Positions 1-12,992 of a stretch of DNA of 64,000 nucleotides are shown one piece after another (position 1 is the first letter of the stretch; each line of letters starts with the position of its first letter). The notes beneath the pieces are model-generated. The model saw only the letters and a program-made list of their open reading frames with translations. It did no database searches and had not been told where the DNA came from. Source of the DNA: Squalus acanthias (taxonomy: Eukaryota); the NCBI GenBank assembly GCA_030390025.1, contig CM059427.1, positions 9,362,001 through 9,426,000 of the forward strand, given 5' to 3'. A program made the translations under genes and the position numbers.

Positions 1-539
1 GGCAAAGGGGGAGGGAATAAACAGTAAACATAAATTGAAGGAGGGCCGCGGGAATTCAACCTGTGCCATTCTCCTGAGTGGCCTAGATAAGGCCTGGGAG
101 TAGATCAGAGGCCCGTGCTCTCAATCAGTATCTAGTATTTGGCACCGGGAGAATGGAAGAGGGCTTAAAAATCTAAATAAAAATAAAAATATTCATTTTG
201 CAATCAAAACCACAATACAAATCTAAATATAGGCCCATGTTGCCTGGAACATTTTTGCCTAAACCCATACACTGATGTAGACCAACAGAAGGTCAAAATG
301 TGTGTTCTATTTACTGAATTGATATGATCTTACAGACTGGAAACTTAGAAATCATTAGGTTTTCAAAAAGAAACTCAGCAATAGATCCAAATTTAATTCA
401 GAACCTCATAATTGCATGTACTATACAATTCCCACCACATTTAGCAGCAGCCAATTACTGTAACTAAATTCCACAACGTGTAACATCTCATGCCAAGAAC
501 AGCTGCAGTCACTGGGCTGTTAATAAAAACAAAAGCTGC

Positions 540-1320
540 CAATGCTGAGCCATAGACCAGAACGGTCCCGGGTTCAAACCGAGTTGGCTGATCTCAGCCG
601 CTGCAGCACTGGGGTAGGACAAGTGGTCTCCGAGTTCGGAGTTAGGAAGGGATGTAATGGAGCTTCCGAATGCTGATTGCTATCCTGAGACTCCTACAGA
701 GAAGTGCATGTGTAACACGGTGGCATAGTGGTTAGCACTGGTGCCTCACAGCGCCAGAGACCCGGGTTCGAATCTGACCTCGGGTGACTGTCTGTGTGGA
801 GTTTGCACATTCTCCCCGTGTCTGCGTGGGTTTCCTCCGGGTGCTCCGGTTTCCTCCCACTGTCCAAAAATGTGCGGGTTAGGTTGATTTGGCTATGATA
901 AATTGACCCTTAGTGTTAGGGGGGGATTAAATATGTGGGGTTATGGGGATAGGATGGGATATGTTAGGGGGAATTAAATACGTGGGGTTACGGGGGTCGG
1001 GTGGGATATGTGTACTGTGGGGATTAAAGCAGGGACAGGGTACTGGATTTGAATGATCAGCCATGATCGTATTGAATGGTGTTGCAGGCTCGACGGGCCG
1101 AATGGCCTACTCCTGCTCCTAGATTCTATGTTTCTATGTAGATGCTGGAGAAGAACAGGATTGGACTTGGATGTGATGCCCCCGTCTAAAGTCCAATAAC
1201 CTACAGCTAGTCAGACACATGATGAAGAAATGCATTTGGGCAATGTACTGGAAGGTTATCAGCACTTGTAGAACTGTATCCCAGCACCACATTCTTCAGC
1301 TTCAGGAGAGGGAGAGGAAA
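540..1320 (+). mobile_element. Old SINE-like repeat (family unassigned), interrupted by an HE1/V-SINE
   Basis: Shares motifs (gagttagctgatctcagc; tgcatgtgt.gatg...gacaggat; ccttcaggagag) with diverged pieces near 8340-8540(-), 21170-21480, 38230-38330, 47710-47830 and 56950-57060. Confidence 0.5.
715..1136 (+). mobile_element. HE1-type V-SINE
   Basis: tRNA-like head (tggcatagtggtt...gggttcgaatc), V-domain (gtgtggagtttgcacattctccccgtgtctgcgtgggtttcctccgggtgctccggtttcctcccac), CR1/HER1-type tail ending ttctatgtttcta. Confidence 0.85.
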
Positions 1321-1399
1321 ACAGACAGAAAATTAGAAAATAAATCCCCTGCAATCAGTAGTAGACTCAGTTCAATATGTCCAAACAATGCAGAGCAAA

Positions 1400-1972
1400 C
1401 AAAACCAATGGAATTTTGAAATATATAAGCTAAACAGTAGGATACAAGTCAGAAGAAGTTGTGATCAAACTTTATAGTGTTCTGATCAGACCAGATCTTG
1501 ATTACTGTATCCAGTTCTGGTCACAGAGACACAAAGGAAACACTCAAGCATTAGAGGCAGTGCGAGAAGAGCCATGAGACTGATCCCTAAAGGTCTGTGT
1601 TTTGAGGAAAGACTGGATAAACTATAACTTTCCAGCCTCGAATGGAGGCGTCTTGACAGACGATCTTATAGAAGATAGTAAACGGTATGGAAAAGGTAAA
1701 TCCAGCAAACAATTTTAAATTAAATTGAGAGATTAGGACAAGGGGGGATATGTATTCAAACTAGTAAAAGGCAAATAGACATCAGAAAGTTCTTCACACA
1801 CAGAGTGATCAATATATGGAATGGTCGCCTGGATATAGTAATGGAGGCAAAAACCCCTGGAATCATTTACGAACCAATTGGATGCTGCAAGAGAGGACTT
1901 TAGGGCCATCTAGATGGATGAATTAACATGGGCCAAATGGCCTTCCTCATCCATGATTATCTTGTGATCTCA
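1400..1972 (+). mobile_element. Old CR1 3' fragment
   Basis: Degraded RT C-terminal motifs (RP.L.YC.QFWS; FFTQRV) and CR1-like tail. Confidence 0.7.
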
Positions 1973-2096
1973 CGAAGGATGCAGAGGGAATAACCAAAAG
2001 ATCGCTAACAATACTAAATCAAGAAAGATGAAAACGTGAAGTTTGTGGGAGACATGTTAGGGTAGTAGGCAGATATGCAGCAAATGCCTCCCACAA

Positions 2097-3077
2097 ACTT
2101 CAGCTTCCATACTAGTGCTTCCGATATGTCTTCCTTTATCCTCAACCGAGGATTCCCCTCTACCGTGGTTGACACGGCCCTCGACTGTGGTCGACACGGC
2201 CCTTGACCGTGTCCGTTTCATTTCCCGCACATCTGCTCTCACCCCTTCCCCTCCCTTCCAGAACCATGATAGGGTTCCCCTTGTCCTCACCTTTCACCCC
2301 ACTAGCCTCCACATTCAACGGATCATCCTCTGCCATTTCCGCCACCACCCCACCACCAAACACATCTCCCCCTCCCCTTCCCTTTTCAGCATTCCAAAGG
2401 GACTACTCCCTCCGCGACATCCTGGTCCACTCCTCCATCATCCCCAACACCCCCTCCCCTTCCCACAGCACCTTCCCATGTATGCGCAGGAGATGCAACA
2501 CGTGCCCTTTTATCTACTCCCTTCCCACTGTCCAGGGCCCCAAACACTCCTGCCAGGTGAAACAGATTTACTTGTACTTTTCAATTTAGTATACTGCATT
2601 CACTGCTCACGATGCGGTCCCCTCTACATTAGGGAGACCAAACGCAGATTGGGTGACCACTTTGCGAACACTTCCGTTCAGTCCATAAGCCTGACCCCAA
2701 GCTTCCGGTCGCCTGTCACTTTAATTCTCCGCTCCACTCCCACTCTGACCTCGGCCTCTTATACTGTTCCAACGAAGCTCAACATAAGCTCGAGGAACCT
2801 CATCTTTCTATTAGGCACTTTACAGCCTTCTGGACTCAACATCGAGTTCAACAATTTCAGACCATAACCTCTGCCCCTATTTTTTCACATGGCAGCTGTT
2901 GATGATTCTGCCATTCCTATTACACCTCTTCTAGACTCATCTTTTGTTTCTTTACTTGTCCCATTAACATCTCCTTTAGCTTTGTACTATCATAACTTTT
3001 GTCATTTAATCTCTCCTGCCTTCTACCCTATCACAGACCTTCCCCTTTTGTTCTTTCCTCCCGTCCCCCCTTTCCCT
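2097..3077 (+). mobile_element. Penelope-like retroelement 3' part (GIY-YIG endonuclease remnant), left piece
   Basis: RVPLVLTFHP, C-x-RRRCNTCP and NLVYCIHCSRCGPLYIRETKRRLGDHF...PSGLNIEF motifs across frameshifts; 3' UTR resumes at about 6088. Confidence 0.85.
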
Positions 3078-6000
3078 ATTGAATCATAGAATAATTACAG
3101 CATGGAAGGCGGCCATTTGGCCCGTTGAGCCTGTACCAACTCTCAGCTACTCCCACTCCCCTGCCCTTTCCCTGTAGCCCTGCAATTATTTTTCCTTCAG
3201 ATACATATCCAACTCCCTTTTGAAAGATAAAATTGAGTCTGCCCCCACCAGCCCTCTCAGGCAGTGCATTCCAGATCTTAACCATTCGCTGTGTAAAAAT
3301 GTTTTTTCTTGCGTCACCTTTGGTTCTTTTGCCAATCACCTTAAATCTGTGTCCTCTGGTTCTTGACCCTTCTGCCAATGGGAACAGTTTCTCTCTATCT
3401 ACAGTGTCCAGACCCCTCATGATTTTGAACACCTCTATCAAATCTCCTCTCAACCTTCTCTGCTCTAAGGAGAACAACCCCAGCTTCTCCAGTCTATCCA
3501 CGTAACTGAAGTCCCTCATTTCTGGAATCATTCTCGTAAATCTTTTCTGCACTCTCTCTAAGGCCTTCACATCCTTCCTAAGGTGTGGTGCCCAGAATTG
3601 GACACAGTGCCCAGAATTGGACACAGTGCCCAGAATTGGACACAGTACTCCAGTTGGGGCCGAACCAGTGTTTTATACAGGTTCATCATAATTTCCACAC
3701 TATTGTACTCCATACATGAAGCTCAGGATCCCGTAAGCCTTTTTAACTGCTTTCTCAACCTGCCCTGCCACCTTCAACGATTTATGCACACATACCCCCA
3801 GATCTCTCTGTTCGTGCACCCCCTTTAGGATTGTACCCATTTAGTTTATATGTCCTCTCCTCATTCTTTCTACCAAATGCATCACTTCACACTTTTCTGT
3901 GTTAAATTTCATCTGCCACGTGTTTGCCCATTTCACCAGCCTCTCTATGTCTTCCTGAAGTCTATCACTCTCCTCCTCACTGTTCGCTATACTTCCAAGT
4001 TTTGTGTCATCTGCAAATTTTGAAATTGTGCCCTGTACACCCACATCCAAGTCATTAATATATATCAAGAAAAGCAGTGGTCCTAGAACTGACCCCTGGG
4101 GAACACCACTGTATACCTTCCTCCAGTCTGAAAAACAACCATTCACCACTACTCTCTGTTTCCTGTCACTTAGCAAATTTCGTATCCATGCTGCCACTGT
4201 CCCTTTTATTCCATGGGCTTCAATTTTGCTGGCAAGCCTATTATGTGGCACTTTGTCGAACGGCCTTTTGGAAATCCATGTACACCACGTCAACCGCATT
4301 ACCCTCATCAACCCTCTCTGTTAACTCATCAAAAAACTCGATCAAGTTGGTTAAACACGATTTGCCTTTAACAAATCCGTGCTGGCTTTCCTTAATTAAT
4401 CCACCCCTATCCAAGTGACAGTTGATTTTGTCCCTGATTACTGTTTCTAAAAGCTTCCCTACTACCGAGGTTAAATTGACTGGCCTGTAGTTGCTGGGTT
4501 TATCTTTACACCCTTTTTGAACAATGCTGTAACATTTGCAATTCTTCAGTCCTCTGGCACCAGCCCCGTATCTATGGAGGATTGGAATATTATGGCCAGT
4601 ACCTCTGCGATTTCCGCCCCCAATTCCCTCAGCATCCTAGGATGCATCCTATCCGCTCCTGGTGATTTATCCACTTTAAGTACAGCCAGCCTGTCTAATA
4701 CCTCTTCTTTATCAATTTTTATCCTATCAAGTGTCTCTACTACCTCCTCCTTCACTATGTCTACTCTTCCTTGGTGAAGACAGATGCAAAGTACTCATTT
4801 AGTACCTCAGCTATACCCTCTGTCTCCATGCATAGGTCTCCTTTTTGGTCCCTAATCAGCCCCACCCCTCCTCTTACTACCCTTTTACTATTTATATGCC
4901 TATAGAAGACTTTTGGATTACCTTTTATGTTGGCTGCCATTCTATTCTTATATCCTCTCTTTGCCCCTCTTATTTTCTTTTTCACTTCTCCTCTGACCTT
5001 TCTATATATAGCCTGATTCTCAGATATATTTGCGACCTGACATCTGTCATACGCGCTCTTTTTCTGCTTCATCATATTCTCTATCTGTTTCATTATCCAG
5101 GGAGCTCTGATTTTAGTTGCCCTACCTTTCTCCCTCGTGGGAATGTACCTCGACTGTACCCGAAGTATTTCCTCTTTAAAGGCAGCCCATTGTTCCACTA
5201 CAGTTTTGCCTGTCAATCTTTGATTCCAGTTCTCATCTCACTGAAACTGGCCTTCCCCCAGTTAAACATTTTTACTCTAGATTCCTCCCTGTCCTTTCCA
5301 TAACTAATCTAAACCTCATGATATTATGATCACTGTTCCCTAAATGTTCACCTACTGACACTTGCTCCACTTGACCTACCTCATTCCCCAGAGCCAGATC
5401 CAGCAATGCCTCCTCCCTCGTCGAGCCAGAAACATACTGATCAAGAAAGTTCTCCTGAACACACTTCAGAAATTCTTCCCCTTCTCTGCCCTTAACACTA
5501 TTACGATCCCAGTCTACATTAGGATAGTTGAAGTCCTCCATTATTACTACGTGATAGTTCTTGCACCTCTCTGTAATTTCCCTGCAAATTTGCTCCTCCA
5601 TATCTTTACCACTATTTGGTGGTCTATAGAATACACCTAGTAGTGCAATGGCATCTCTATTATTTCTTAACTCTAGCCATATAGATTCTGTCCTTGACCC
5701 CTCCAGGACATCCTCTCTCTCTAGCACTGTAACATTCTCCTTAACCAATACTACCACACCACCTCCTATCTTTCCTTCCCTATCTTTCCTGAACACCTTA
5801 TAACCAGGAATATTTAAAACCCAATCCTGCCCTTTTTTGAGCCAGGTCTCAGTTACTGCCACAACATCTATATTCCCATGTGGCTATTTGTACCTGCAGC
5901 TCACTTACCTTGTTCACTATGCTTTGTGCGTTCATATGCATACACTGTAAACCTACCTTAGACCATCCTGTATTCTCTCTTAGTTGGACCCCACCAAATA

Positions 6001-6087
6001 CCTTACTATTTCTTACTTTAGTGCTCTCTGCCACTCCCAATCCTTTAAGCACTTTATTTCCCCTTTCGAATGTTACATCCTGGTGCA
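3078..6087 (-). mobile_element. CR1 LINE (APE endonuclease + RT ORF2, frameshifted) inserted in the Penelope element
   Basis: AVTETWL..YRPP..DFNYP endonuclease, [22 protein letters not shown]1 tail at the 3078 end; ccct at both junctions. Confidence 0.92.
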
Positions 6088-6230
6088 CCCTGCCCTGCAC
6101 TTGATTAAAACCTGTTACATCTCTAACTTTTTCCCGTTCTGACGAAAGGTCATCGACCTGAAACGTTAACTCTGTTTCTGTCTCCACAGAAATACCTGCG
6201 AAGTATTTCCAGCATTTTCTGTTTTTATTA
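6088..6230 (+). mobile_element. Penelope 3' end (pLTR) with hammerhead-like motif, right piece
   Basis: ctgacgaaaggtcatcgacctgaaacgttaactctg...atttccagcattttctgtttttatt; the same motif recurs at about 39445, 49176 and 50935. Confidence 0.8.
6136..6170 (+). ncRNA. Minimal hammerhead ribozyme motif (Penelope-associated)
   Basis: GUU-CUGACGA-A-AGGUC(auc)GACCU-GAAAC-GUU-AAC: both core boxes intact, 5-bp stem II, palindromic AACGUU stem III, stem I GUU/AAC. Confidence 0.65.
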
Positions 6231-6234
6231 ATGC

Positions 6235-6990
6235 AGTAAATGCAGCTCAACATAGATAAGAGTTGAAGTAGTACATTTTGAACACAGAGAATGGAAGTAT
6301 ACCCTGCAACACTCTCAATGGGGAGAGGAACGAGAGATCTTGGATGTAAATGCACAAATGTATAAAAGCAAGATTGCAGGTGAAAAAAGCCATAAAAAGG
6401 CCAAATTGGATTCTGAGTTTTATATACCCCAGCACTGAATACAAAGAAATGGTCAGGTATCTGTACTAGATATTGATTAGGCTGCAGTTGGAGTACTGCT
6501 TGCAGCTCTGGGCATTCCATTGTAGAAAGAATATTAGAACCATGGAAAAGGTGTGAAGTAGATTTACAAGAGTGCAACAATGTAGTTATGATGAGAGACT
6601 TGAAAACCCAGGACTGTGTCCACTGGAGCAGAAAAGGTGGAAAGGATCTCATAGAAATATTGAAAATTCTGAAAAGATTTAAGAGGATGAATAGAGAAAA
6701 TTATTTCCAGTGATCGAAAGAGTTGGTAACAAGGACCATAGTATCAGGTTAGTAACGAGCATAAGAGAGAGGATATAAGATTTTTTTCATGTAAAAGATT
6801 GATAGAACATGGAATGCATTAGCACAAGTGGCCATTAAGGCCAAGTTAATCACAACATTTAAGAGGGAATTGAACACTTTAATAATAAAAATATTAACGG
6901 GTACAAGGAAAGAGCAGGGAAGGGACATTAGAATAGAAAGGTCCAATATGGACCAAACACCACCACAGGCACTGTGCCAAATAGCTTCCA
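6235..6990 (+). mobile_element. Old CR1 3' fragment
   Basis: Degraded ERDLG / LEYC.Q.W / GL.SLE motifs. Confidence 0.65.
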
Positions 6991-7004
6991 TGTGTACTTC
7001 ACTT

Positions 7005-7302
7005 ACATTTTCCTCTCTCCTTCACTTCTATGTCCTCTCTGCCTTCACGTCAGTTTCTCTCTGCCTTCTTCCCTTCCATTTCCTTCCCTTCTGCTTCCCT
7101 CCAAACTTTCCATTCCATTTATCTCTCTCCCCTTCCATTTCTTTTTCCTCTCTTCTCCCCTTTCCATTTCTCCATCCTTCTCCTTTCCATTTCCCCCTCC
7201 TCCCCTTGTTTCTTCGGTTCTATTTCTCTCCTAATTTTCTTTCCTTCCCTTCTGTTTACCTCTCTCCCTTTAATTTCTCTCTCTCTCTCTCCCTTTCTCT
7301 TC
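7005..7302. repeat. Pyrimidine-rich low-complexity tract
   Basis: Almost only C/T, with a (ct)n run near the end. Confidence 0.85.
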
Positions 7303-8596
7303 AAAACAGAAGACAGTGCCAATATTCCTGTTGCTTTAGATGTGGAGGTTCCCTCATTCACATGTGAAAAGCTTGTATATTACAGATTTGTCAGTAATAA
7401 TGATGCAGATAAAATCTTTATGGAGACCTTTTTCTTTATTATTGGGATTGCTTTGCTCCTGAAACACAATAATTTGTAAACCTCTAAAACCCTGATGAGC
7501 AGTTTGATTATAGATATTCAAGGAAAATGAGCACCTCCCCAACACCACTGGTGTTAGGTGACAAAGCAAGCATTTAATCCTTGGTCAATGCACAGGGTGG
7601 AAAGAGAGAGAGAGCGAAACCCGAAACCCACAGTGACTCCAGTCTGACAAAACACACACTTAATTCTGTAATATAATCAACCAAAATGCAGGGCAGTGCT
7701 CTGGGCAAAGAGAGGGAAACACACATCTTACAATGACATTATTCAGAAAAATCAGAACTGCTGTGTAAAAGTGGGAGTGGCTGTGATATGACAGGGTGCT
7801 CAACTGTTTACAAAGGCTGGGGACGTTGGTGGGAACATGCAAATGGACGTTCCTAGCCGAAAGAAAGATGTCAGTTAATAAAATGAACAGATTCCACACA
7901 GCATTGTTAATATACTCCCAGCAAACGTGGCATAAGCAGCAGCTGCTCAACTATTGAAGATCCCTTTGTTCAATCACAGATTCCCACATCCCTCCCACCA
8001 ATCTGAGACAATCACTCAGAACCTTCACACAAAGTTAAAGCGAATCAAACCATTGTCTGATATAGACACAGGTGCATATTCAGGAGAAAAAGACATTCAA
8101 GTTGGTTCAGAGATTCTGGTATTCCTCACAGAGCCACCAACTTTCTCTCTCCTGATCAACTTAATTTCAAAAAGGTAATATGTTCATTGGAAAGGTTTAG
8201 AACACAAGACGGTGAATATTACAAATAAGCTGAAACAGAGGAGGAGCAGAGTCAACACAGCCCATTGTGTAATTAATAGGATATGTATTGTTAAGCAGCA
8301 TTTAACAAATAGTCCGAGAGAGAGTGAGCATCCATAGGCTATTCAGTTATTGGTGACGTCACAACTACACTCAATCCTCCCCTCATCAAACATCCACACA
8401 CATGCACTCTCTCTAGTCACTGAATTGCAATCAGGAACTGAAAGCCTGGCTGATTTTCTTCCCTACCCAGCACAATCCTAGCACATCAAGTACTGCCTCA
8501 GCACAGATCAGCTAACTCAGCACAGATCAGCGGAGATCACCTTCTTCCAATACTGATGAAACAAATGTCAGTGGCATGGCAAAGGTGGGTCATTAC

Positions 8597-8701
8597 CTCT
8601 TTGATGTACTCCTCCTGTTCTTCCTTCAGCGTGAGCTCGATGAAGATCTGCTGCAATTTCTCATTGCAGTAGTTAATGATGAACTGCTCAAAGCTATTGT
8701 T
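8597..8701 (-). CDS. MYO1B: Myosin-Ib exon (105 bp): [35 protein letters not shown] (relay helix)
   Basis: ttacag|AAC acceptor, GAG|gtaatg donor; [16 protein letters not shown] motif. Confidence 0.95.
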
Positions 8702-10565
8702 CTGTAACAAGAGAAGGGAAATAAAAATCCTGTTGATTTGATCTTTGCCTGTGCTACACATCAACATTTATTCCACTGCGAAAACTCAACAATCAGCTCA
8801 TAGCTTAGATTGAACACACACACAAGCAGCACGTGTCCTGGAAAGTACTTGCCACGACATTTCATTAAAGCGGTAGAGCCTAACAAATAAAGCAAACTGC
8901 AAATGCCATGAAGCAGATTTATACACAAAGGGTAGCTCAAAAGAGCTTTTGATCTCCAGGCTTCATTGTAGCAGTTTACAGGACTTAAATTATTATGAAT
9001 TAAGTAAATTAATGCCACATGCGGCAAAGCTGCCACTGCAAACAGGTCATACTTACAGAGTTCTGTTGCGAAAAAAAAGAAAATTAAAAAAGCATCAGAG
9101 ATTGTGCAAAACATCCAAATCAATAAACTTAAAATAATAATGCACCTTCGGAAACCAAATCATAAACATATTTCTCCTCATAGCAGCTACGTACAGAGCA
9201 TACCATGTCCCCAGCTGTTACAGAAGGAACTAGGCCACTTAGAGATGGTGAGGTAGAGGGAGGTTTCTAATTGCTTACCATAATGACAGTATTGGTGTAT
9301 CATCCATAGCGATGACACGTGGAAGGAGCTGTCTAGCACAATACTGATCAATAACATTAGCAATGACCAGTTGTCATTGGTAATGTGGTAATCCTCCATT
9401 TTCCCCCAAAAGATTAACTTTTTAGATTTAGTTTACAACACAGGAATTAAAGCGTCCTTTTCACTTCCTTGCATGCCAATCATCCGTGTTTGACACAGAG
9501 AGTCAGCATTTCGGGGGGCACCGCCCGCAGAAAATAATTCTCATTCGACATCCTGACCCTCACATCACTTGTCCCTGTTGCCTCGATGCTCCTCTTAAGA
9601 TGGAAAATATAACAATAGAAGTAATCATCTCAGAAGAGGAGTCTCCAACCTGCATCTCCCAAAGCAAGGTTATTCTCCGCACCCCCCCCACCCACCATTT
9701 TGTATATTCGGATGTATGGGTGCTGACGGAAGGATAGGGAACCTCTTGGTTGGCCTGACCTTCTTGCAGCCCTCCACTGCTTGCACTCTTCTGAACACAT
9801 CACCTCAGAGGATCCTCACTGGCAAACCCATTGGTGCTAGTAAAGGAAGCTGGAGGCAAAAAATAATTAATAACAGCTGGCACGAAGGTTCATAAAAGCC
9901 TAAAGTGTCAGCTGCAAAAAAGTACACAAAAAACATTTACAAGGAGGGCCCAGAAAAGTCCTAAAAACACTTACCTGAGCCAATGTGGGCCTCCTGTCTT
10001 AAGTCCTGTCCTAAAGTCCACTTCCAGCCAGGATTCCTGTGGACTTGTGTCCAGCACAGCCACAGACACTGCTCTTTCCCTCCCCTTTTGAATAGGTGAA
10101 TGAAACTTGCACCTGCTTTGGACAGTAACTACCAACGTCCACCCAGGCCTGATCGCACAATAGAATGAAGCCAGGATTAAGCAGGAATCCAGTAGAACTG
10201 ATTTCCCACTGGATTTCACCATCTGATATGCCTAGCCTGGTCTGCGTCCAAAAATGGAGTGCACCAGGCACTATAATCAGCCGCAATGTGTCAATAGACT
10301 AGAGGTTGGAAATGGACAGTACCTTTGCGAAGGGAAAAAAGGGTTCCTTGGCTGATAGATCATTTATTTCCCCCCAAAACTAACAGGCTTGTTGAAAATG
10401 CACTTTATTTGTTTTCTTTTAAAATTAAAAGTCTATCAATTGTGAAGTATAAAAATGCACTATTTTTAAATGTAAAAAAAATCTTAATTTCCAGAGGAGC
10501 GTGCCCTATACACCGCCTTAGAAAATAACTTCTTGTATTTCTATTCAGATTTTCATGTACTTATG

Positions 10566-10795
10566 GGGGTTACATTTTTTGTGTTTAGTGCTCCTGCTGC
10601 AAAGTTTTGCAAGGCAGGAACATATATTGGGAATTTGGGAGCGCATCTGATTCACAGGCCCGTGATTTCCCATCCATTAAAATCAATGCATGGAAAACGA
10701 TGGACCTGTGAATTGGGCACGTGCCCGAATTCACAATATACACTCTTGGTACATGGAGCGCTGCGCCAGGGGCTCTGAAGAATAAAATTTACCCC
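10566..10795. mobile_element. MITE, Harbinger-like
   Basis: Imperfect TIR ggggttacattt / aaaatttacccc with a 3-bp atg TSD on both sides. Confidence 0.6.
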
Positions 10796-11789
10796 ATGGT
10801 TTTATTTCTTCCAACATGATGGGAAGGAATGTTTGGTAAACCTGCAAAAGTAATGCCTCAATGCACTCTCGGTGGAATTACTTGTTTTCATATGCCATAA
10901 CCTTACATTCAGTGTCGTTTTCTGAGTGGTCAGCTTTTTGATGCTGTTGGTCAGCTTTTGCTAGGTTGGCTTGGCAACATCTGAATGGATCTGCCTATCT
11001 CACAAATTTTCACAACCGTTCTTTGTCTTAATAGATTAAACCGTGCTTGATCTGTCGGATGTACTTTACAAAATAGGAGGTCACTGAGAAACAGTTGGAA
11101 GCTATTGCTGCGACCGCTCTTCCACACATTAGCCTAGTGGCCATTTGATCACTACTTCATGATTCATCTTCTCCCCTATTCTTTTGAAATTTGACGCGTG
11201 TGCTGAACTAGAGGCATTGGTCCTTTGCCCGGGTTTCTCCCTATTTTGACTGGGCTACTGTGTGTATTGTTTTCCTCTGCTATTCACCTGCCTGGTATTA
11301 ACATCCAGAAATTAAGATTGTGTCAACTGACACAGCTTTGGTTTTATTGGCACAGCCATTTTTTTTTCTCAATTGCCAGTTGAAAGTTTTAATTAGTGGC
11401 TCCACTAATCCCCCAGCCTCACTGCTCTCTTATCCCACCCCCCACCCCCGCCTCTCACCTCCACCATATCTAAGCTCCTCTTCAGATGGACAAGCGTGAC
11501 AATGGAAGCACTCATCCTCTCACTAGTGATTCACAGCTGAACAGATCAATCCGAATAAAGAGCATCCTTTTTGACTGACAAGGCAGTCAACAATTAACAA
11601 TAGCCCAGCGGCAACATCCACCCAATAAACACAATCGTTCACCTTGTCCTATTTAGGGAATCCTCTCCAGCCAAACATCTGAGTTTGCACTCAACGTTCC
11701 TCTGACACGGGATTACTGCTCGTCCCCTCCCCGCTACACGCCGGCATATTTCAGCCTTTGCAACTCGGTTCCAAACTCATTACCTCTCT

Positions 11790-12005
11790 TATAGGAACAG
11801 GAGCAGACCATTCAGCCACTCGAGCCTATTCCGCCATTCAATTAGATAATAGCTGATCTGTATCTTAACTCCATCCACCCGCTTTGGTTCCGTAACCCTT
11901 AACACCCTTGCCTAGCAAAAATACATCAATCTCAGTTTTAAAATTTTCAATTGACCCCCAGCCTCAACAGCTTTTTGGGGGCAGGGACTGTTCCAGATTT
12001 CCACT
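11790..12005 (-). mobile_element. CR1 3' tail fragment
   Basis: ataggaacaggagcagaccattcagccactcgagcct... is the reverse complement of the CR1 tail. Confidence 0.75.
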
Positions 12006-12527
12006 GCTGGCAAAAGCCTCCGAAAAAAACAAATTATTCGATCATGTTTTTAATCGTTCTTCCTTCTTTTTCAAATTCCTTTACTTCATGCTGGCCATCC
12101 ATCTCTCTCCCTTGTAAATCACTCAGATATCTTACTACATGTGTATGAATCTACATTGTTGAATGTTTCTGTAGAAAAGGTTCACCGACACCATGTCACT
12201 GGCATTTAAATATAATTTTGTTCTACTTCTCAGATAAACGCAGCTCAAGTTTGATTATAATGTGTCATATACCACAGCTTTTAAAGTGTAATTAAACCAA
12301 AAATGTAATGGGAATTAACAGAACTTGCAGATTGAGAAAGCTATAAGGAACCCTCAACAGCAATAGCTGTAAATGCTAAGGTGATAATTCCTGCATTAAT
12401 AATGGATCAGAATGTCAACATTCATTGTGAACCAAAAGCAAAGAACAGCAGCATCTGAAAAAGAAGGCTTAATGTTTCAGTTGTCGTCCTTCACCAAAAT
12501 CCAAAGTATTAACCTTTCAATTTTTCT

Positions 12528-12992
12528 GTGTGTCAGCTGTGGCTCAGTGGGTAGCACACTCGCCTCTGGTTGTGGGTTCATAGTCCCACTCCAAGGGACT
12601 TGAGCACATAAAGCTCGGCTGATACTCCAGTGCAGTGCTGAGAGAGTGCTGCACTGTCGGAGGTGCCGTCTTTCAGATGAGACGTTAAACCGAGGCCCCG
12701 TCTGCCCTCTCAGGTGGACCTAAAAGATCCCATGGCACTATTTCGAAGAAGAGCAGGGGAGTTATCCCCGGTGTCCTGGCCAATATTTATCCCTCAATCA
12801 ACATAACAAAAACAGATTATCTGGTCATTATCACATTGCTGTTTGTGGGAGTTTGCTGTGCGCAAATTGGCTGCCGCGTTTCCCACATTACAACAGTGAC
12901 TACACTCCAAAAAAGTACTTCACTGGCTATAAAGCGCTTTGAGATGTCCAGTGGTCGTGAAAGGTGCTATATAAATGCAAGTCTTTCTTTCT
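12528..12992 (+). mobile_element. DeuSINE (SacSINE1-like), full length
   Basis: tRNA-like head, Deu-domain (gtcggaggtgccgtctttcagatgagacgttaaaccgaggccccgtctgcc...), L2-like tail; exact 13-bp TSD tttcaatttttct at 12515-12527 and 12993-13005. Confidence 0.85.

Noticed and set aside
715-790. tRNA gene (also at 12530 and 38990)
   Set aside because: The A/B-box heads run into SINE bodies and tails, so these are SINE heads, not tRNA genes.
6828-7479. Long hydrophobic ORFs
   Set aside because: Artefact of a C/T low-complexity tract that lacks stop codons.
7860-7935. Minus-strand peptide HVCWEYINNAVWNL resembling the next expected MYO1B exon (..IDYFNNAII..)
   Set aside because: Only a Y.NNA match, with no convincing splice sites or W-T-H-I / CDLIE residues. 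The real exon probably lies beyond position 1.
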